Source of the DNA: an uncultured virus (IMG/VR IMGVR_UViG_3300020207_000005)
Taxonomy: Duplodnaviria > Heunggongvirae > Uroviricota > Caudoviricetes
DNA: 57,521 nucleotides
Strand: one strand, 5' to 3'
IMG/VR virus record: IMGVR_UViG_3300020207_000005
Shown: one piece after another, positions 10,818 to 21,450 of the stretch
How positions within the stretch are numbered: position 1 is the stretch's first letter
How the letters are laid out: the number at the start of each line of letters is the position of its first letter
Position numbers and translations under genes: made by a program
The notes under the pieces: generated by a model
Database searches by the model: none
Told to the model about the DNA's origin: nothing
What the model saw: the letters and a program-made list of their open reading frames with translations, nothing else

Positions 10818-12503
10818 TTAAGTCTCTAATGTTAATGCTGTTATTGTTACCTGTACGGTTCCTGTTGAACCACTTAAATTTGTTACTGAGACTGGTACAG
10901 TGGTTTCACTGTTTCCTACCCAACCAAATACACCTGGTGTTACTTTAACTGTTGCAGCACCACCTGTGATAAATTCTGCAATTACACCTGAACCTTCAGC
11001 AGGGTCGTCTCCTTGGTTTCTTGATGCGTCTGCTGTTCTTGATGCAACTTCATCGTAGATACGTACCCACGCGGCTTTATCAGTTTGTACTGAATAAAGA
11101 ACATATGAAACACCTAAATCTGCGTAAGCAACATTACCTGCTGCACCATCCGCAATTGAACCTGTTGTTTCAGCTTCAGTATTTCTAGTAGCGGAACTTC
11201 CTCCACCACCTCCACCACCTGCGGCAGCTTCAACAACGATTGTTCCTGTCATTCCTGAGTGAGATGAACAAACATATTTGTAATTACCAGAAATTGATGC
11301 TGGTACTTTCCAGAATAATGTTCCTGCATAGGTACCTTGTGCGTTACTTCCTTCGTATTTGCTTCCTTCTTGTAAAGCAACTAATCCAGTATTATAATCA
11401 ACACCACCTGATGTTTGAATTTTAAATGGATGTGTTCCACCTGTGTCATAGGATAAATCGAAACCGATTGTTGTTCCAGCTTTTACGTAAATAGTTGGAT
11501 TGTCTGTTGTTCCATATTGGTCAAAACGATATGCAGTTGTACCGTTTGCTGATACAGTTAATACTGTCGATGCGTTTTCGAAAATATTTTCAAATAATGC
11601 TTTATCAGTTGAACCTGCTGGTTGTTGGTCTATATCTGCGAAAGATGGAGTGAATGTTACGTTTCTCCATGTACTATCATTTGGGAAATAAGTTAGAATA
11701 TCTCCACTTTGTGGATTTGTAATTGTCGTATCAGTAATGTCAGTCATAGCAACTGAGCCACCACCTCCACCACCACCTGACTGTGCAACCCAATCATAAT
11801 CAGAACCGTCCCAACTTAATACTTGACCTGATTGTGCAGTTGAAGTATTTAAATGAGTATCTACATCACCATCTGCATAACCAGTAGGTAGAGTTGCAAA
11901 TTCTAATGCGTTTCCAGCACCATTAACTCTTACATATTGATTAGCACTTCCTAAAGAAGAAGGTGTGTCAGATAATCCAGTGAAGTTTGAAGAACCACTA
12001 CCTCCACCACCTGCTGCAGTAATTGTAATTGAATCTCCGTTCTCATCAGTTTCAAGGGTGATATTTGTACCAGCAACTAGAGTAAGTGTATCAGTGGCGC
12101 TATCAGCGACAACATCATTCTGGCCAGCGATTGATATTGTTGTGAATGCTTCAGTAACTGCTAGTGAAGATAAATCTGAATAGTTTGCAAGTTGATTCCA
12201 TGCTCCGTTATGAGCATAATAAAGTTTTCCTGTATCATGAGCGTGTCCTATTGCTCCGTGATATGTACTTGCATTAACTGCGTCAAGTTCTGCCTTTGTA
12301 GCATAGTAGAAAGATATTTTGTGTGCCTTGCCTGGGAAGTCAAGTTCACCATCTCCATTAAACATGGATGTCGCTTGGTTTGGTCCACCAAGTGCGAAAT
12401 ATAATTCGTTAAAGTTGTCGTTTGTTTTATCAAAAGCATTACGTATTGGGTCACCACTCCCATCATTCGCAGATGCTCCTATATTAATAATTTGCTTGGC
12501 CAT
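10818..12503 (-). CDS. Baseplate wedge/tail-fibre connector (gp9/gp10-like N-terminus) with cupredoxin-like domain
   Basis: MAKQIINIGASANDGSGDPIRNAFDKTNDNFNELY; Gly-rich linkers; HPFKI...YKYVCSSHSGM. Confidence 0.75.
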   Translation of the reverse strand: MAKQIINIGASANDGSGDPIRNAFDKTNDNFNELYFALGGPNQATSMFNGDGELDFPGKAHKISFYYATKAELDAVNASTYHGAIGHAHDTGKLYYAHNGAWNQLANYSDLSSLAVTEAFTTISIAGQNDVVADSATDTLTLVAGTNITLETDENGDSITITAAGGGGSGSSNFTGLSDTPSSLGSANQYVRVNGAGNALEFATLPTGYADGDVDTHLNTSTAQSGQVLSWDGSDYDWVAQSGGGGGGGSVAMTDITDTTITNPQSGDILTYFPNDSTWRNVTFTPSFADIDQQPAGSTDKALFENIFENASTVLTVSANGTTAYRFDQYGTTDNPTIYVKAGTTIGFDLSYDTGGTHPFKIQTSGGVDYNTGLVALQEGSKYEGSNAQGTYAGTLFWKVPASISGNYKYVCSSHSGMTGTIVVEAAAGGGGGGGSSATRNTEAETTGSIADGAAGNVAYADLGVSYVLYSVQTDKAAWVRIYDEVASRTADASRNQGDDPAEGSGVIAEFITGGAATVKVTPGVFGWVGNSETTVPVSVTNLSGSTGTVQVTITALTLET

Positions 12504-12546
12504 AGCGTCCTCTATTTAAAATATTTAATTTAATATTTATTAGGCG

Positions 12547-13395
12547 TTAAACGCCTCTTTGTTCTTTTGTACTCAATCCAAAAATATATGGAAAGGCTGG
12601 TGAATTAAAATCACCGTTTTCAAATGTTAAGAAATATGCGTAAGTTCCTGTTGGATAATCTGGAGTAATACAATATCTTCCATTGTACTCATCTAAATCT
12701 CCTAATCCATCTACGTACTCGTAGTCTTGAACAAAACTTCCTGCAGGTTCTTGTGCATAAGTAAATCCTCTACCTGTTGCTTCAGTTGCAAGTGTCTGCC
12801 AACTACTTAACAATTGTTTTACTAAACTCGTGTTATCATTTGGATTTGAATATCCATAAGGTCCATATAAAGGATAACCATCAAAGCAAAATCCTAAGAT
12901 TTTACTGTGACCATCAGTGTGTCTAAAATTATCTCCACTGTTGTCGGTATCATTATAATATGGATTAGCACCAATAAACTTTGGGTCATTCCAACAATTA
13001 ATTAAGAATGAACCAGAATGATAATGATATTCACCATTTTGTTCTGGGTGTCCACCACATGCATCTACACCATAAGCAGATTCATTAAATACTGCGTTAT
13101 AGGTAAACCCTTGAGCTGGTGGTTGATTTCCACCTGGTAAGGGTCCTGGAGCAGCACTAGGATTAAATAATACTACACCATTTAGTGCACATCCCATTGC
13201 GCCCAATGTTGTTGCTTGAGGATTCTCAGTATTCTGACCTCCACGATATTCAAATTGAAAATCATGTGTTTGGTCTGAAATTTGATTATTTCCCCCAAAT
13301 CCTGAACGAGCAGTCGTTCCATCATTGGTTAATACCGTTACTCCAGCTTTAGCTGGATAAGGGTCACCGTCTGATTGGATTCTCATTGTTGGCAT
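12547..13395 (-). CDS. YHYH-domain protein
   Basis: GCALNGV, DACGGHP...EYHYH, HSKILGFCFDGYPLYGPYG and DLDEYNGR...TPDYPTGTYAYF motifs. Confidence 0.85.
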   Translation of the reverse strand: MPTMRIQSDGDPYPAKAGVTVLTNDGTTARSGFGGNNQISDQTHDFQFEYRGGQNTENPQATTLGAMGCALNGVVLFNPSAAPGPLPGGNQPPAQGFTYNAVFNESAYGVDACGGHPEQNGEYHYHSGSFLINCWNDPKFIGANPYYNDTDNSGDNFRHTDGHSKILGFCFDGYPLYGPYGYSNPNDNTSLVKQLLSSWQTLATEATGRGFTYAQEPAGSFVQDYEYVDGLGDLDEYNGRYCITPDYPTGTYAYFLTFENGDFNSPAFPYIFGLSTKEQRGV

Positions 13396-13396
13396 G

Positions 13397-15757
13397 TTAG
13401 CTCACCGTTATTGTTGTTGTACTTGGATAATTTCCGTTGGTATCACTTACACCAAGAGAATTTAAATCTAGTGTATTACTTCCTGTCCAACCACCATTGT
13501 TCACATGGTCTGCAGTTATGTATGTAGAATCAACAGTGAAGTTTGTTACTGATGCTTCTAAATTCACAACATTCGCTTGGTCAAGTGGTGAACCACTTCC
13601 ATCATCATTAAACATTCTCATAAATCTAGTCTTAGTGTTAAATGGTATCTCAACTTTATAAATGAAATCACCAAACATCTTAGAACCAGCTAAGTGAACG
13701 TTTTGTTTTAATAGTTTCTCATATTGACTTTTATCAAGAGTTGATTTAATTTGATATGAATATTCTTGATAGAAATCACTGTCTTGTACTCTTTGTCCTG
13801 ATGTGAAATATTCAAGTATTTGATTGTTTGCTTCACTAGGAATATATCCGTTTAAGTGAGAACTGAAATCTGCCCAGTAACCACCAGTAACACCTTGTGT
13901 ATTTGCACTTAATGTACCAATTGCTTGTATATTATTATTCTCATCTACAATTTCGACATCATCACCATCAACATATCCAAAACCAGAATTCTCTACTGCA
14001 ACTTTAGAAATACGTCCTGTTGCAAATTCGGTTGTAGTATTAATGTTTGCATTATCACCAATACGTGGACTGTTATAATCTACTTGAATACCTACAACTG
14101 TAACTTCGTCTCCGTTACCTCTTATAATATTATTTGTACCACTAAATCCGTAATAATCAAATGGTGTTACAGATACCCAACCTTGTTCTGTATTAATTGC
14201 TCGTACTTCACCTTGAATACTTGTGTTTTTCTCTGTAATGATTTCACCAATTGAGAATACACCAGCATCACCAGGAAGTGGGAATCTTATAATCTGATTT
14301 CTTCTATCAAAGTTAAAGAATACATCGTCTTTTGCTCTTGCAAAAACGTCATTAGTATAATCTGTGCCAGGATTAATATTATCAAATCCTGTAATCTTAC
14401 CAATCTGTAAAGCCTGGATGTCGAATGCTTGATTTAAAGGTGTTGTTAAATTAACTGGTGAAGCACTACCACTCATAGGTGCGGTTGCTTCATAATCTGC
14501 TGCATTAATATTCGTTGCAACAAAAGGTAAAACTTGGTCAGTAATAACTGATGCAGTTGAAATGTTTGTTAATGAACGAACTTTAACATCGGTTGCTAAT
14601 CCTGTATCCGGATATAAAGGACCAGGTGAAGAATCATTTCTATCTGAGAAAGCATCAAACGTTAAAGTAACATTATCTGGATTTCCTTGAGCATCGACAC
14701 GGTCAAGTGTTGTGATTGTTTCAACACCATTAAATTTTGCAGGAGATGCTGACGTAATATATATCCCGACTGCTTGAGGTGATTGACCTACAACATAACC
14801 TTGAGTTCCTGCGGTATCTTGTATTCTTTCATATTCTGTAAAAGTTAAATCTTCATTATCTAAAATTAATGTTTGATTTGAAACTAATAACCTAGTGTTA
14901 TCTATTGTATAACCGTAACCACCATTGTCAAGTTCATAATCAATTTGACCTGTTATTTTATCTTGTGTTTCGGTAACAATTACATCACCACCACTTCCAC
15001 GACTTGATTTAGCAATATACTTATCACCGATTTCGTTTCCTGTTGTTCCTTTATATGTTAAGTCAACGTCGATACCATTAAGTGAACCATTAACTTTACC
15101 GAAAGATATCACTTCACCATTAATATTTGTAATAATATCATCATACTTATCGAAGTTTCCTTGTACTTCATCAATATAAATGATTGGTGTTTTAATACCA
15201 TTTAGAATAATAAAGTTAATTTTTGAAACCGCAGCTTTAGCACCAGATGCGCTACCAGTAATATTACGAGATATTAAATCTGCATAACTATATTCGACAT
15301 CTGTTTTCGATAAAAAGAAATTATCGTTAGGAAACATTTGAAGATATACACCTTGTTTCCAAGTACTATTAGAAATCTTAAGCATCCTTTTCGCAGGATA
15401 GATAACATCAATATCATATTCTTTATAAAAGATACTAAAAAATAATTCGATACCACCGGGTGTACCTTTTCTTCTATAAAGGTCGAGAATATTTTTAACT
15501 AAGAAAGATACAATGGTTGGTTTGAGTTCAAGGTCAGCGAGATATTTTTTCTGATAAAATATTAAAAGTTCTTTAATAGTAGTATCAACATCTTTATATT
15601 CAAAGAATCGACGAGACACATAGTTAGATTGATTAGTTGTAATCTCTAACCATTTATAATAATCTCTAGCAAGTTGTACAAGCTCTTGACCATCTTCCCT
15701 ATAGATGCCGGGAAATTGTTGCTCGATAAAAAATGCTATATCTTTTTGTACTTCCAT
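13397..15757 (-). CDS. Baseplate wedge subunit gp7-like
   Basis: IEQQFP, LYRRKGT and QDSDFYQEYSY...VHLAGSKMFG motifs; directly downstream of gp6. Confidence 0.75.
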   Translation of the reverse strand: MEVQKDIAFFIEQQFPGIYREDGQELVQLARDYYKWLEITTNQSNYVSRRFFEYKDVDTTIKELLIFYQKKYLADLELKPTIVSFLVKNILDLYRRKGTPGGIELFFSIFYKEYDIDVIYPAKRMLKISNSTWKQGVYLQMFPNDNFFLSKTDVEYSYADLISRNITGSASGAKAAVSKINFIILNGIKTPIIYIDEVQGNFDKYDDIITNINGEVISFGKVNGSLNGIDVDLTYKGTTGNEIGDKYIAKSSRGSGGDVIVTETQDKITGQIDYELDNGGYGYTIDNTRLLVSNQTLILDNEDLTFTEYERIQDTAGTQGYVVGQSPQAVGIYITSASPAKFNGVETITTLDRVDAQGNPDNVTLTFDAFSDRNDSSPGPLYPDTGLATDVKVRSLTNISTASVITDQVLPFVATNINAADYEATAPMSGSASPVNLTTPLNQAFDIQALQIGKITGFDNINPGTDYTNDVFARAKDDVFFNFDRRNQIIRFPLPGDAGVFSIGEIITEKNTSIQGEVRAINTEQGWVSVTPFDYYGFSGTNNIIRGNGDEVTVVGIQVDYNSPRIGDNANINTTTEFATGRISKVAVENSGFGYVDGDDVEIVDENNNIQAIGTLSANTQGVTGGYWADFSSHLNGYIPSEANNQILEYFTSGQRVQDSDFYQEYSYQIKSTLDKSQYEKLLKQNVHLAGSKMFGDFIYKVEIPFNTKTRFMRMFNDDGSGSPLDQANVVNLEASVTNFTVDSTYITADHVNNGGWTGSNTLDLNSLGVSDTNGNYPSTTTITVS

Positions 15758-15776
15758 TAGTACTTTCTCTTTTTAA

Positions 15777-17654
15777 TTAATAGCTTCCACCACTACTTAC
15801 GGTACTCAGTGTACCGATAGTCGATGATGAAGTTACTGTACTTGGTGATATTCTTTCTTCTAATGTCATATTCACTACGACATCATTATCTCTTAATATA
15901 AACACACGTCCTTGTGGTGCTTTAATATCTGCGTTCTTCATTCTTGCCATAATCTTAATTGCGCTACCAGGATATGATTCTACTGTAAAGTTTGTAAGTT
16001 TTACTTCACCCGTTGTATAATCAACTGTTCCTGCGGTTGGGTTTACAATCTGAGGGTTGGTTGCGTCATCTGTAACTGTCATCATATTTCCAATACCATC
16101 ATCTTGTAAATAAACACATACACCTAAAATATCAAATGAACTTGATTTGATAGCAGGTTTGTAATCTGTAAATCCATTCGCACTTCTGAAAGGATATGGT
16201 TTAATAAGCTCTGCTTCAAATTTAAATGAAGGTGCTGTTTTAACGTTAACTGCAGGTGCGTATTCAATAATAGGCATTACTGTAATATCGTTTGATTGTA
16301 TACCTTCATCAGCACTATCAATCAATCCAGACAACTGAGATTCTCTAAATGTTCTATTAAAGTTTTCAAGTTTATCGTCTGAATATGTTTGAATTGTACT
16401 ACGTATTAATGCTTCAAGTTCTGCTGAACTCTTGTCTGTTGCTTTATTACTATATGTTGCATCAACAACAATGTCTGCATATACGAATTCTGTTTGAACA
16501 AAGAAAGGTTCAATACCTAAAGGACTCTTATCTGAAAGATATTTAATATAAGCATTAGCTGCTGTTGAAGAAATTAATGTAGTGTTGTCTGAAATATAAA
16601 CAGAGATTGCAACCTTACCAAATTGAGGTGGTTCAAGTTGTTCACCACCATAAGCACTTACTGCTGTAATTTCTGGGAATGCTTGTTGTAATAAAACTTC
16701 GTAATCATTATTTGTTACTGCGCGTTCTTGAATTTGTAATGCTTTAGGAGCAAAGTAACGAATAGATTCCATTGATTCTCTTTCTTCACCACCTGTTGCT
16801 GCTGATATTGTTTCAACACTAATTGTTGCACCATCAATAAAAGATGCTGAGAAAGTATTTGCACCATTGGCTTCAACACCCGAACAAATACGATATCTTA
16901 CACGTACATCTTCGAACTCTTCGGGTTGTAAACCAAATTCGTTTTTACCAAAGTAAATAGCATACCTATCATCGAGATAAGGTTCTAAATAAAATACTTT
17001 ATCGTCTGATTTAACTCCATAAATTGTATTCGCTCTTGTAAATACATTTTGGTCTTCAGTTGCTTCTGCGTCAACGAATACAACGAGTGAATCAGTATCA
17101 ACTTCATTGTTTGTTAATTGAACACGTAATACTCCATCTTCATCAACGATGAATCCTTCTCTTTGGAAACTTGAAAGCATTTGACCTTCAAACAATTCTA
17201 CATTTTCTGCGACATAAACACCAGGTGCTGTACGTCTTGCAACATATGTTTCATTAGTTACGAAGTTAAATAATTCACCTTGATAGTTTGAACTAAAATT
17301 TGAATATGTAGGAATGGTAATTGTAGATGCTGTTTCAAATTCATCTGTGATAGTAACATTAACTCTTGCTCGAGCAGATTTACGAGACCTTGGAATATAA
17401 TTTAATTCTTTAGCATGGGAAACAATTGAGTTCTTTAGGACGGCCGAATCTAAGAACATCTCATTGAGTGCCATGTTTGTATAGAAATTATTTTGGAAGG
17501 TATTGAATGCTAGTACATCGAGTAGTGCACTCATGTTTGAACCTTCAAAGTTATAATCTTTAAATTGAGTCTGTGTGCTGAGGTGAGTCCTCAACTGCGT
17601 TTTAATTGAATCGAAATCCAATTCTGTTATAGGTGTTTTTACTGATTTGGCCAT
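15777..17654 (-). CDS. gp6: Baseplate wedge subunit gp6
   Basis: ELDFDSIK...FKDYNFEGS...LLDVLAFNT...NEMFLDSA; QERAVT..DY. Confidence 0.92.
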   Translation of the reverse strand: MAKSVKTPITELDFDSIKTQLRTHLSTQTQFKDYNFEGSNMSALLDVLAFNTFQNNFYTNMALNEMFLDSAVLKNSIVSHAKELNYIPRSRKSARARVNVTITDEFETASTITIPTYSNFSSNYQGELFNFVTNETYVARRTAPGVYVAENVELFEGQMLSSFQREGFIVDEDGVLRVQLTNNEVDTDSLVVFVDAEATEDQNVFTRANTIYGVKSDDKVFYLEPYLDDRYAIYFGKNEFGLQPEEFEDVRVRYRICSGVEANGANTFSASFIDGATISVETISAATGGEERESMESIRYFAPKALQIQERAVTNNDYEVLLQQAFPEITAVSAYGGEQLEPPQFGKVAISVYISDNTTLISSTAANAYIKYLSDKSPLGIEPFFVQTEFVYADIVVDATYSNKATDKSSAELEALIRSTIQTYSDDKLENFNRTFRESQLSGLIDSADEGIQSNDITVMPIIEYAPAVNVKTAPSFKFEAELIKPYPFRSANGFTDYKPAIKSSSFDILGVCVYLQDDGIGNMMTVTDDATNPQIVNPTAGTVDYTTGEVKLTNFTVESYPGSAIKIMARMKNADIKAPQGRVFILRDNDVVVNMTLEERISPSTVTSSSTIGTLSTVSSGGSY

Positions 17655-17655
17655 C

Positions 17656-18072
17656 TTATCTTACCCTTGTTAATATTAAATCCAACGTTACTGGAATTTC
17701 TGAATTTCTTACATAGAATACTACAACTACATTTACTGTGTTGTCATTATCTTTAGCAGATGCTGTAACACTAATGATTTCAGCTCTTGGTTCATATGTG
17801 TTAATCGTTGTCTTAACTCTGCTTTCAATGAGTTTTAATGTACCAGGTGTAAGGTTTTCGAATAATAAACCTCTGATACCACCACCGATAAATGGTTGCA
17901 TCAATCTTTCGCCTGGGTCTGTTAGTACTAAATTTTTAATTGATTCTTTTACTGAATCTTCGTCTTTTAATAAAGCGAGGTCTTTAGAGATAGGACTAAT
18001 CGTCAAATCCTTTTTCAGGTCTGAATATAAATTCTGTTTTTTACTAACAGGTGTTTTTATATCGATTGTCAT
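17656..18072 (-). CDS. gp25: Baseplate wedge subunit gp25
   Basis: SIKNLVLTDPGERLMQPFIG...LLFE...YEPRA. Confidence 0.92.
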   Translation of the reverse strand: MTIDIKTPVSKKQNLYSDLKKDLTISPISKDLALLKDEDSVKESIKNLVLTDPGERLMQPFIGGGIRGLLFENLTPGTLKLIESRVKTTINTYEPRAEIISVTASAKDNDNTVNVVVVFYVRNSEIPVTLDLILTRVR

Positions 18073-19622
18073 CGAGGTAATTCCCTTATGTCTAAATGTA
18101 TATGCTTTTCATATGCAACTACATTTTTAAACCCGGCTTTATAAGCTGCTTCAGTAAATGTATCTATGTCTAAATCTGCTGTTCTTTCTATATCTATAAC
18201 CAAACCACTCAAGTGTGTGTTATCTGAGTCATTTTCTTGTTTATCATTCCATTTTTTACTGACCCAGCCATCAGTTATGACATACTCTCCACCAATATCT
18301 TCACGAATTCTTGCTAAATATACTTTAACGTCAAGGTCAACTCTTGTATAAGCTCTTATACCTATACCTTCTTTTTCATCAAAAGAATCGCCCTTAACAC
18401 TTAACCATTCGTGTTTACCTGAAAATACAGCTCCACAGTGTGGTAAGTTCTGGTATTCTTCGGCTTTAATTGGTTTAACAGTAATAGGTTCTTCACCGCT
18501 TGGTGTAATTCTTTCACCACCTTCACCGTCCCACAGCGCTCTTAAACTATTTATCGTTTCTTCTCGTTTTTCTGGAGAAAATCTTATTGCTCCATTTCGA
18601 ATAGCAGTTGATGTGTTGACATTCGAAATAGCACTTAATCTTTGTGTAATACGTCTATATCTAAATCCATAATCATCGAGAGGTTGTTTGAGTTCTTTAA
18701 ATAATAATTCAATGTTTGTAGCTAACGCACAGAATCTATAAACCATAAACTGGATTTGTTCAATATTTGGACTTTCAAAAAGACTTACTGCATAATCAAT
18801 TAATCCTTTTGCTTTATCTCTTACTGACTTTTTATTTTCTTCTGTAAATGCTGCGCACATTTGTTCCTTTGCGGTCATGATTGCTTTAACACTTTTTGTA
18901 TGACCATCTTGAATTTCATCAATAAGATTTGAAATGTCAAAGTTCGATATAGCATCTTCAATCTCTTGAATAATCTCATCAACAACTTTTACAATCTCAT
19001 CTTTAATCTTCTTAATTAATGCTGTAATAGCAGCTTGAACTGCGACTGCAGATATTCCATCAAAATTACGAATCTTTTCTAGAAGTGCTGCTGCATCTTT
19101 AATGTATCCATCAATGACTCCAATCAACTCATAGAACTGGTCAATATTTGCAAATATATTTTCCATGGATTGACAGAATCCACCCATAATACTTTGAGCA
19201 AATGAATCCTTATAATACGCATCAAGATTTCGAGTAAGTTTTACGTAATCTCTCTGAGATTGAATTCCATCAGGTGTATAGTTTGAAACATTCATAAAGT
19301 CCGCTGCTTCGAGACTTGTAATATCTCCTTTTTCCCAACGTCTTGCTAAATCATCAAACCCATCTAATCCATCTCTTACTCGATTACGAAATTCACCATT
19401 TAAATAATTAACTGCATCGTAGAATCCTGAACCATATCTATTAACAGCAATTTGAACTGGATTATTCTCAGCTTCTTGTAAAATATTTTCTGCGAGTTCT
19501 TTTGACCATACATCAATCTGATTGACTGTGAAAGACCCATCAGCATTTACAGTAGGACCAGCGCTTAATGCTAATTGGTTTCTTACTGTTTGGTCTGAAT
19601 AATCAATACACTTACTAGCCAT
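18069..19622 (-). CDS. Helical protein with C-terminal peptidase M15A (Zn, LAS-type) domain
   Basis: C-terminal THLSGLVIDI and HIHLDIR motifs; lies between gp5 and gp25. Confidence 0.7.
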   Translation of the reverse strand: MASKCIDYSDQTVRNQLALSAGPTVNADGSFTVNQIDVWSKELAENILQEAENNPVQIAVNRYGSGFYDAVNYLNGEFRNRVRDGLDGFDDLARRWEKGDITSLEAADFMNVSNYTPDGIQSQRDYVKLTRNLDAYYKDSFAQSIMGGFCQSMENIFANIDQFYELIGVIDGYIKDAAALLEKIRNFDGISAVAVQAAITALIKKIKDEIVKVVDEIIQEIEDAISNFDISNLIDEIQDGHTKSVKAIMTAKEQMCAAFTEENKKSVRDKAKGLIDYAVSLFESPNIEQIQFMVYRFCALATNIELLFKELKQPLDDYGFRYRRITQRLSAISNVNTSTAIRNGAIRFSPEKREETINSLRALWDGEGGERITPSGEEPITVKPIKAEEYQNLPHCGAVFSGKHEWLSVKGDSFDEKEGIGIRAYTRVDLDVKVYLARIREDIGGEYVITDGWVSKKWNDKQENDSDNTHLSGLVIDIERTADLDIDTFTEAAYKAGFKNVVAYEKHIHLDIRELPR

Positions 19623-19623
19623 A

Positions 19624-21450
19624 TTAACTCTCTATGATTTGTCCGTTTGCATCATATTCTGGTTGAGTTACGATGATAGCACCATTAGCATCAAATCCTG
19701 CGGCTACTGGTTCTTCTTCGTTTCCTCCAAATATATTTTCAAATGCGCTTGTTATAGCACCAAATAATGGATATGTTTGACCATCATTCTTCGCGGTATC
19801 CGCGGGAGGAGATGACCAACCACCTGCACTTCCAGTATTAAAGTATCCACCTTCAACAATTGATGTTGCTGCACTTACTGGTTCAGGTGCTTGTACTCTA
19901 CTTATACCATAACCACCAATTCCCAATGGGTTAGGAATACCTAATGCTGCGAAAGGTGATGTTAATACACCTGAAAAGAAAGCTGCAATATCTCCATTTG
20001 GTGATGGATAAGCATATCCAGAAGATATACCAACATTAAGTGGAGGTACTACTAATAAACTCTGTGATGGAGGTGTAAGTACAGGAAGAGTCGGCATTGC
20101 TGCTGGGGTTGTTAATCTTCCAGGTCCTGGTGCACATGGACTTCCTGGTGCGGCACTAATAGGTGGAGGTGCTGCGAGGATTGTAGCATTACAGGTTGCA
20201 AAGTTTCCTGTTGTACCTGATACAATACCACCATTGAGTGTTGCGGCATTCCAGATACCTGAGAAGCTTCCGAATGCTGATAATATTGATACTTGAGGAG
20301 TTGTTAAACTAAATCCTGTTGCAAGAGGTATTGTACCCGAAAGTGGACTACTTGGAATTAAACCCGTCGCAGTCAATACCATATTTGAAGCTTGAGCGTG
20401 GAAATCCATTAGTGTAGTAAATTTAATATTCTTATTTGCATAACAATCATAGTTCATTAATGCAGTATTTTTAATATTAGCTGATACACTATTAATTTGT
20501 TTTTCTGCTTCAATCTGAACTTCTTCTTTACCAAATATTGTTAAGATATCTGCATTCGCTTCAAGTTTAAGATTACCACCTCTCATTTGTAAACTGTTTC
20601 CAGCATGTACGAATGAACTCTGTCCAGTGTTAAACTCAGAGTTACCATGAACCATCAACTTATAGTTGCCCATGATTTCTTCTGTCTTGTTACCTTTCAC
20701 ATAGACATGAGCATTACCATTAACTGTTACAACACTATGTCCAGAAGATTCGTGTTTTGTTCCAATATTAATTTCGTATCTGTCACCCTCAGCTCTTTCG
20801 GTTGTTGTACCCTTAGCATCAATTTGAATAAATGAACCTGAAGTATGATGTATTGAAATACGCTCACCACCAGGTGTATCATCTAATTCAATTGTATGTC
20901 TTGCTGTTTCGATTACTCTATTATAAGGATATTTTGCTGAGTATGCAGAAGAAGGTTGGTCCCATGTATCTTCTGTTCCACCAACTTTTTGATTTTGAAG
21001 TGCGTTAGTACTAATTTGATTATGGAAAGTATTATCAATACGTTCGGCTCTTCCAACTTTTGACCTTTGGTGTTCTCCAATATCTTCAGGTGTAAAACCT
21101 TTTGCGAGGATATCACCATCTTTATCTGGAATTACACCATAACCATCTAAGTTAGGATTCATTGCCTCATAGTATTGAGTAGGAATCATTCCTAATATTA
21201 ATGGGTTCTGTGCTTCATCACCATCTAAAAACATTCCAAATACGAAAGAGTTTAAAGGTGGTAAAGGGTCGTCTGCTGTATACGCACCACTAACACACAT
21301 TGCCCAAGGTAAACTTTGTACGGGAACTTCTGAATGTGTTCCATGTACACCAAAAGCACGTACTCTTACACGACCTTGAAAACTTGGGTCGTTATTATCT
21401 TCAACTACTCCGACAAAAAATAACGGATTTGATATTCCCATTCCTCTCAT
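19624..21450 (-). CDS. gp5: Baseplate hub/spike gp5-like (OB-fold, no lysozyme domain)
   Basis: FFVGVVEDNNDP..QGRVRVRAFGVH...LPWA; YPYNRVIET..H.IELDDTPGGERI. Start moved to ATG 21450, which overlaps the upstream stop as TAATG. Confidence 0.88.
   Translation of the reverse strand: MRGMGISNPLFFVGVVEDNNDPSFQGRVRVRAFGVHGTHSEVPVQSLPWAMCVSGAYTADDPLPPLNSFVFGMFLDGDEAQNPLILGMIPTQYYEAMNPNLDGYGVIPDKDGDILAKGFTPEDIGEHQRSKVGRAERIDNTFHNQISTNALQNQKVGGTEDTWDQPSSAYSAKYPYNRVIETARHTIELDDTPGGERISIHHTSGSFIQIDAKGTTTERAEGDRYEINIGTKHESSGHSVVTVNGNAHVYVKGNKTEEIMGNYKLMVHGNSEFNTGQSSFVHAGNSLQMRGGNLKLEANADILTIFGKEEVQIEAEKQINSVSANIKNTALMNYDCYANKNIKFTTLMDFHAQASNMVLTATGLIPSSPLSGTIPLATGFSLTTPQVSILSAFGSFSGIWNAATLNGGIVSGTTGNFATCNATILAAPPPISAAPGSPCAPGPGRLTTPAAMPTLPVLTPPSQSLLVVPPLNVGISSGYAYPSPNGDIAAFFSGVLTSPFAALGIPNPLGIGGYGISRVQAPEPVSAATSIVEGGYFNTGSAGGWSSPPADTAKNDGQTYPLFGAITSAFENIFGGNEEEPVAAGFDANGAIIVTQPEYDANGQIIES

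Noticed and set aside
11195..12015. CCACCA/CCTCCA short repeats
   Set aside because: They encode poly-Gly linkers of the fibre protein and are not a DNA-level repeat element.
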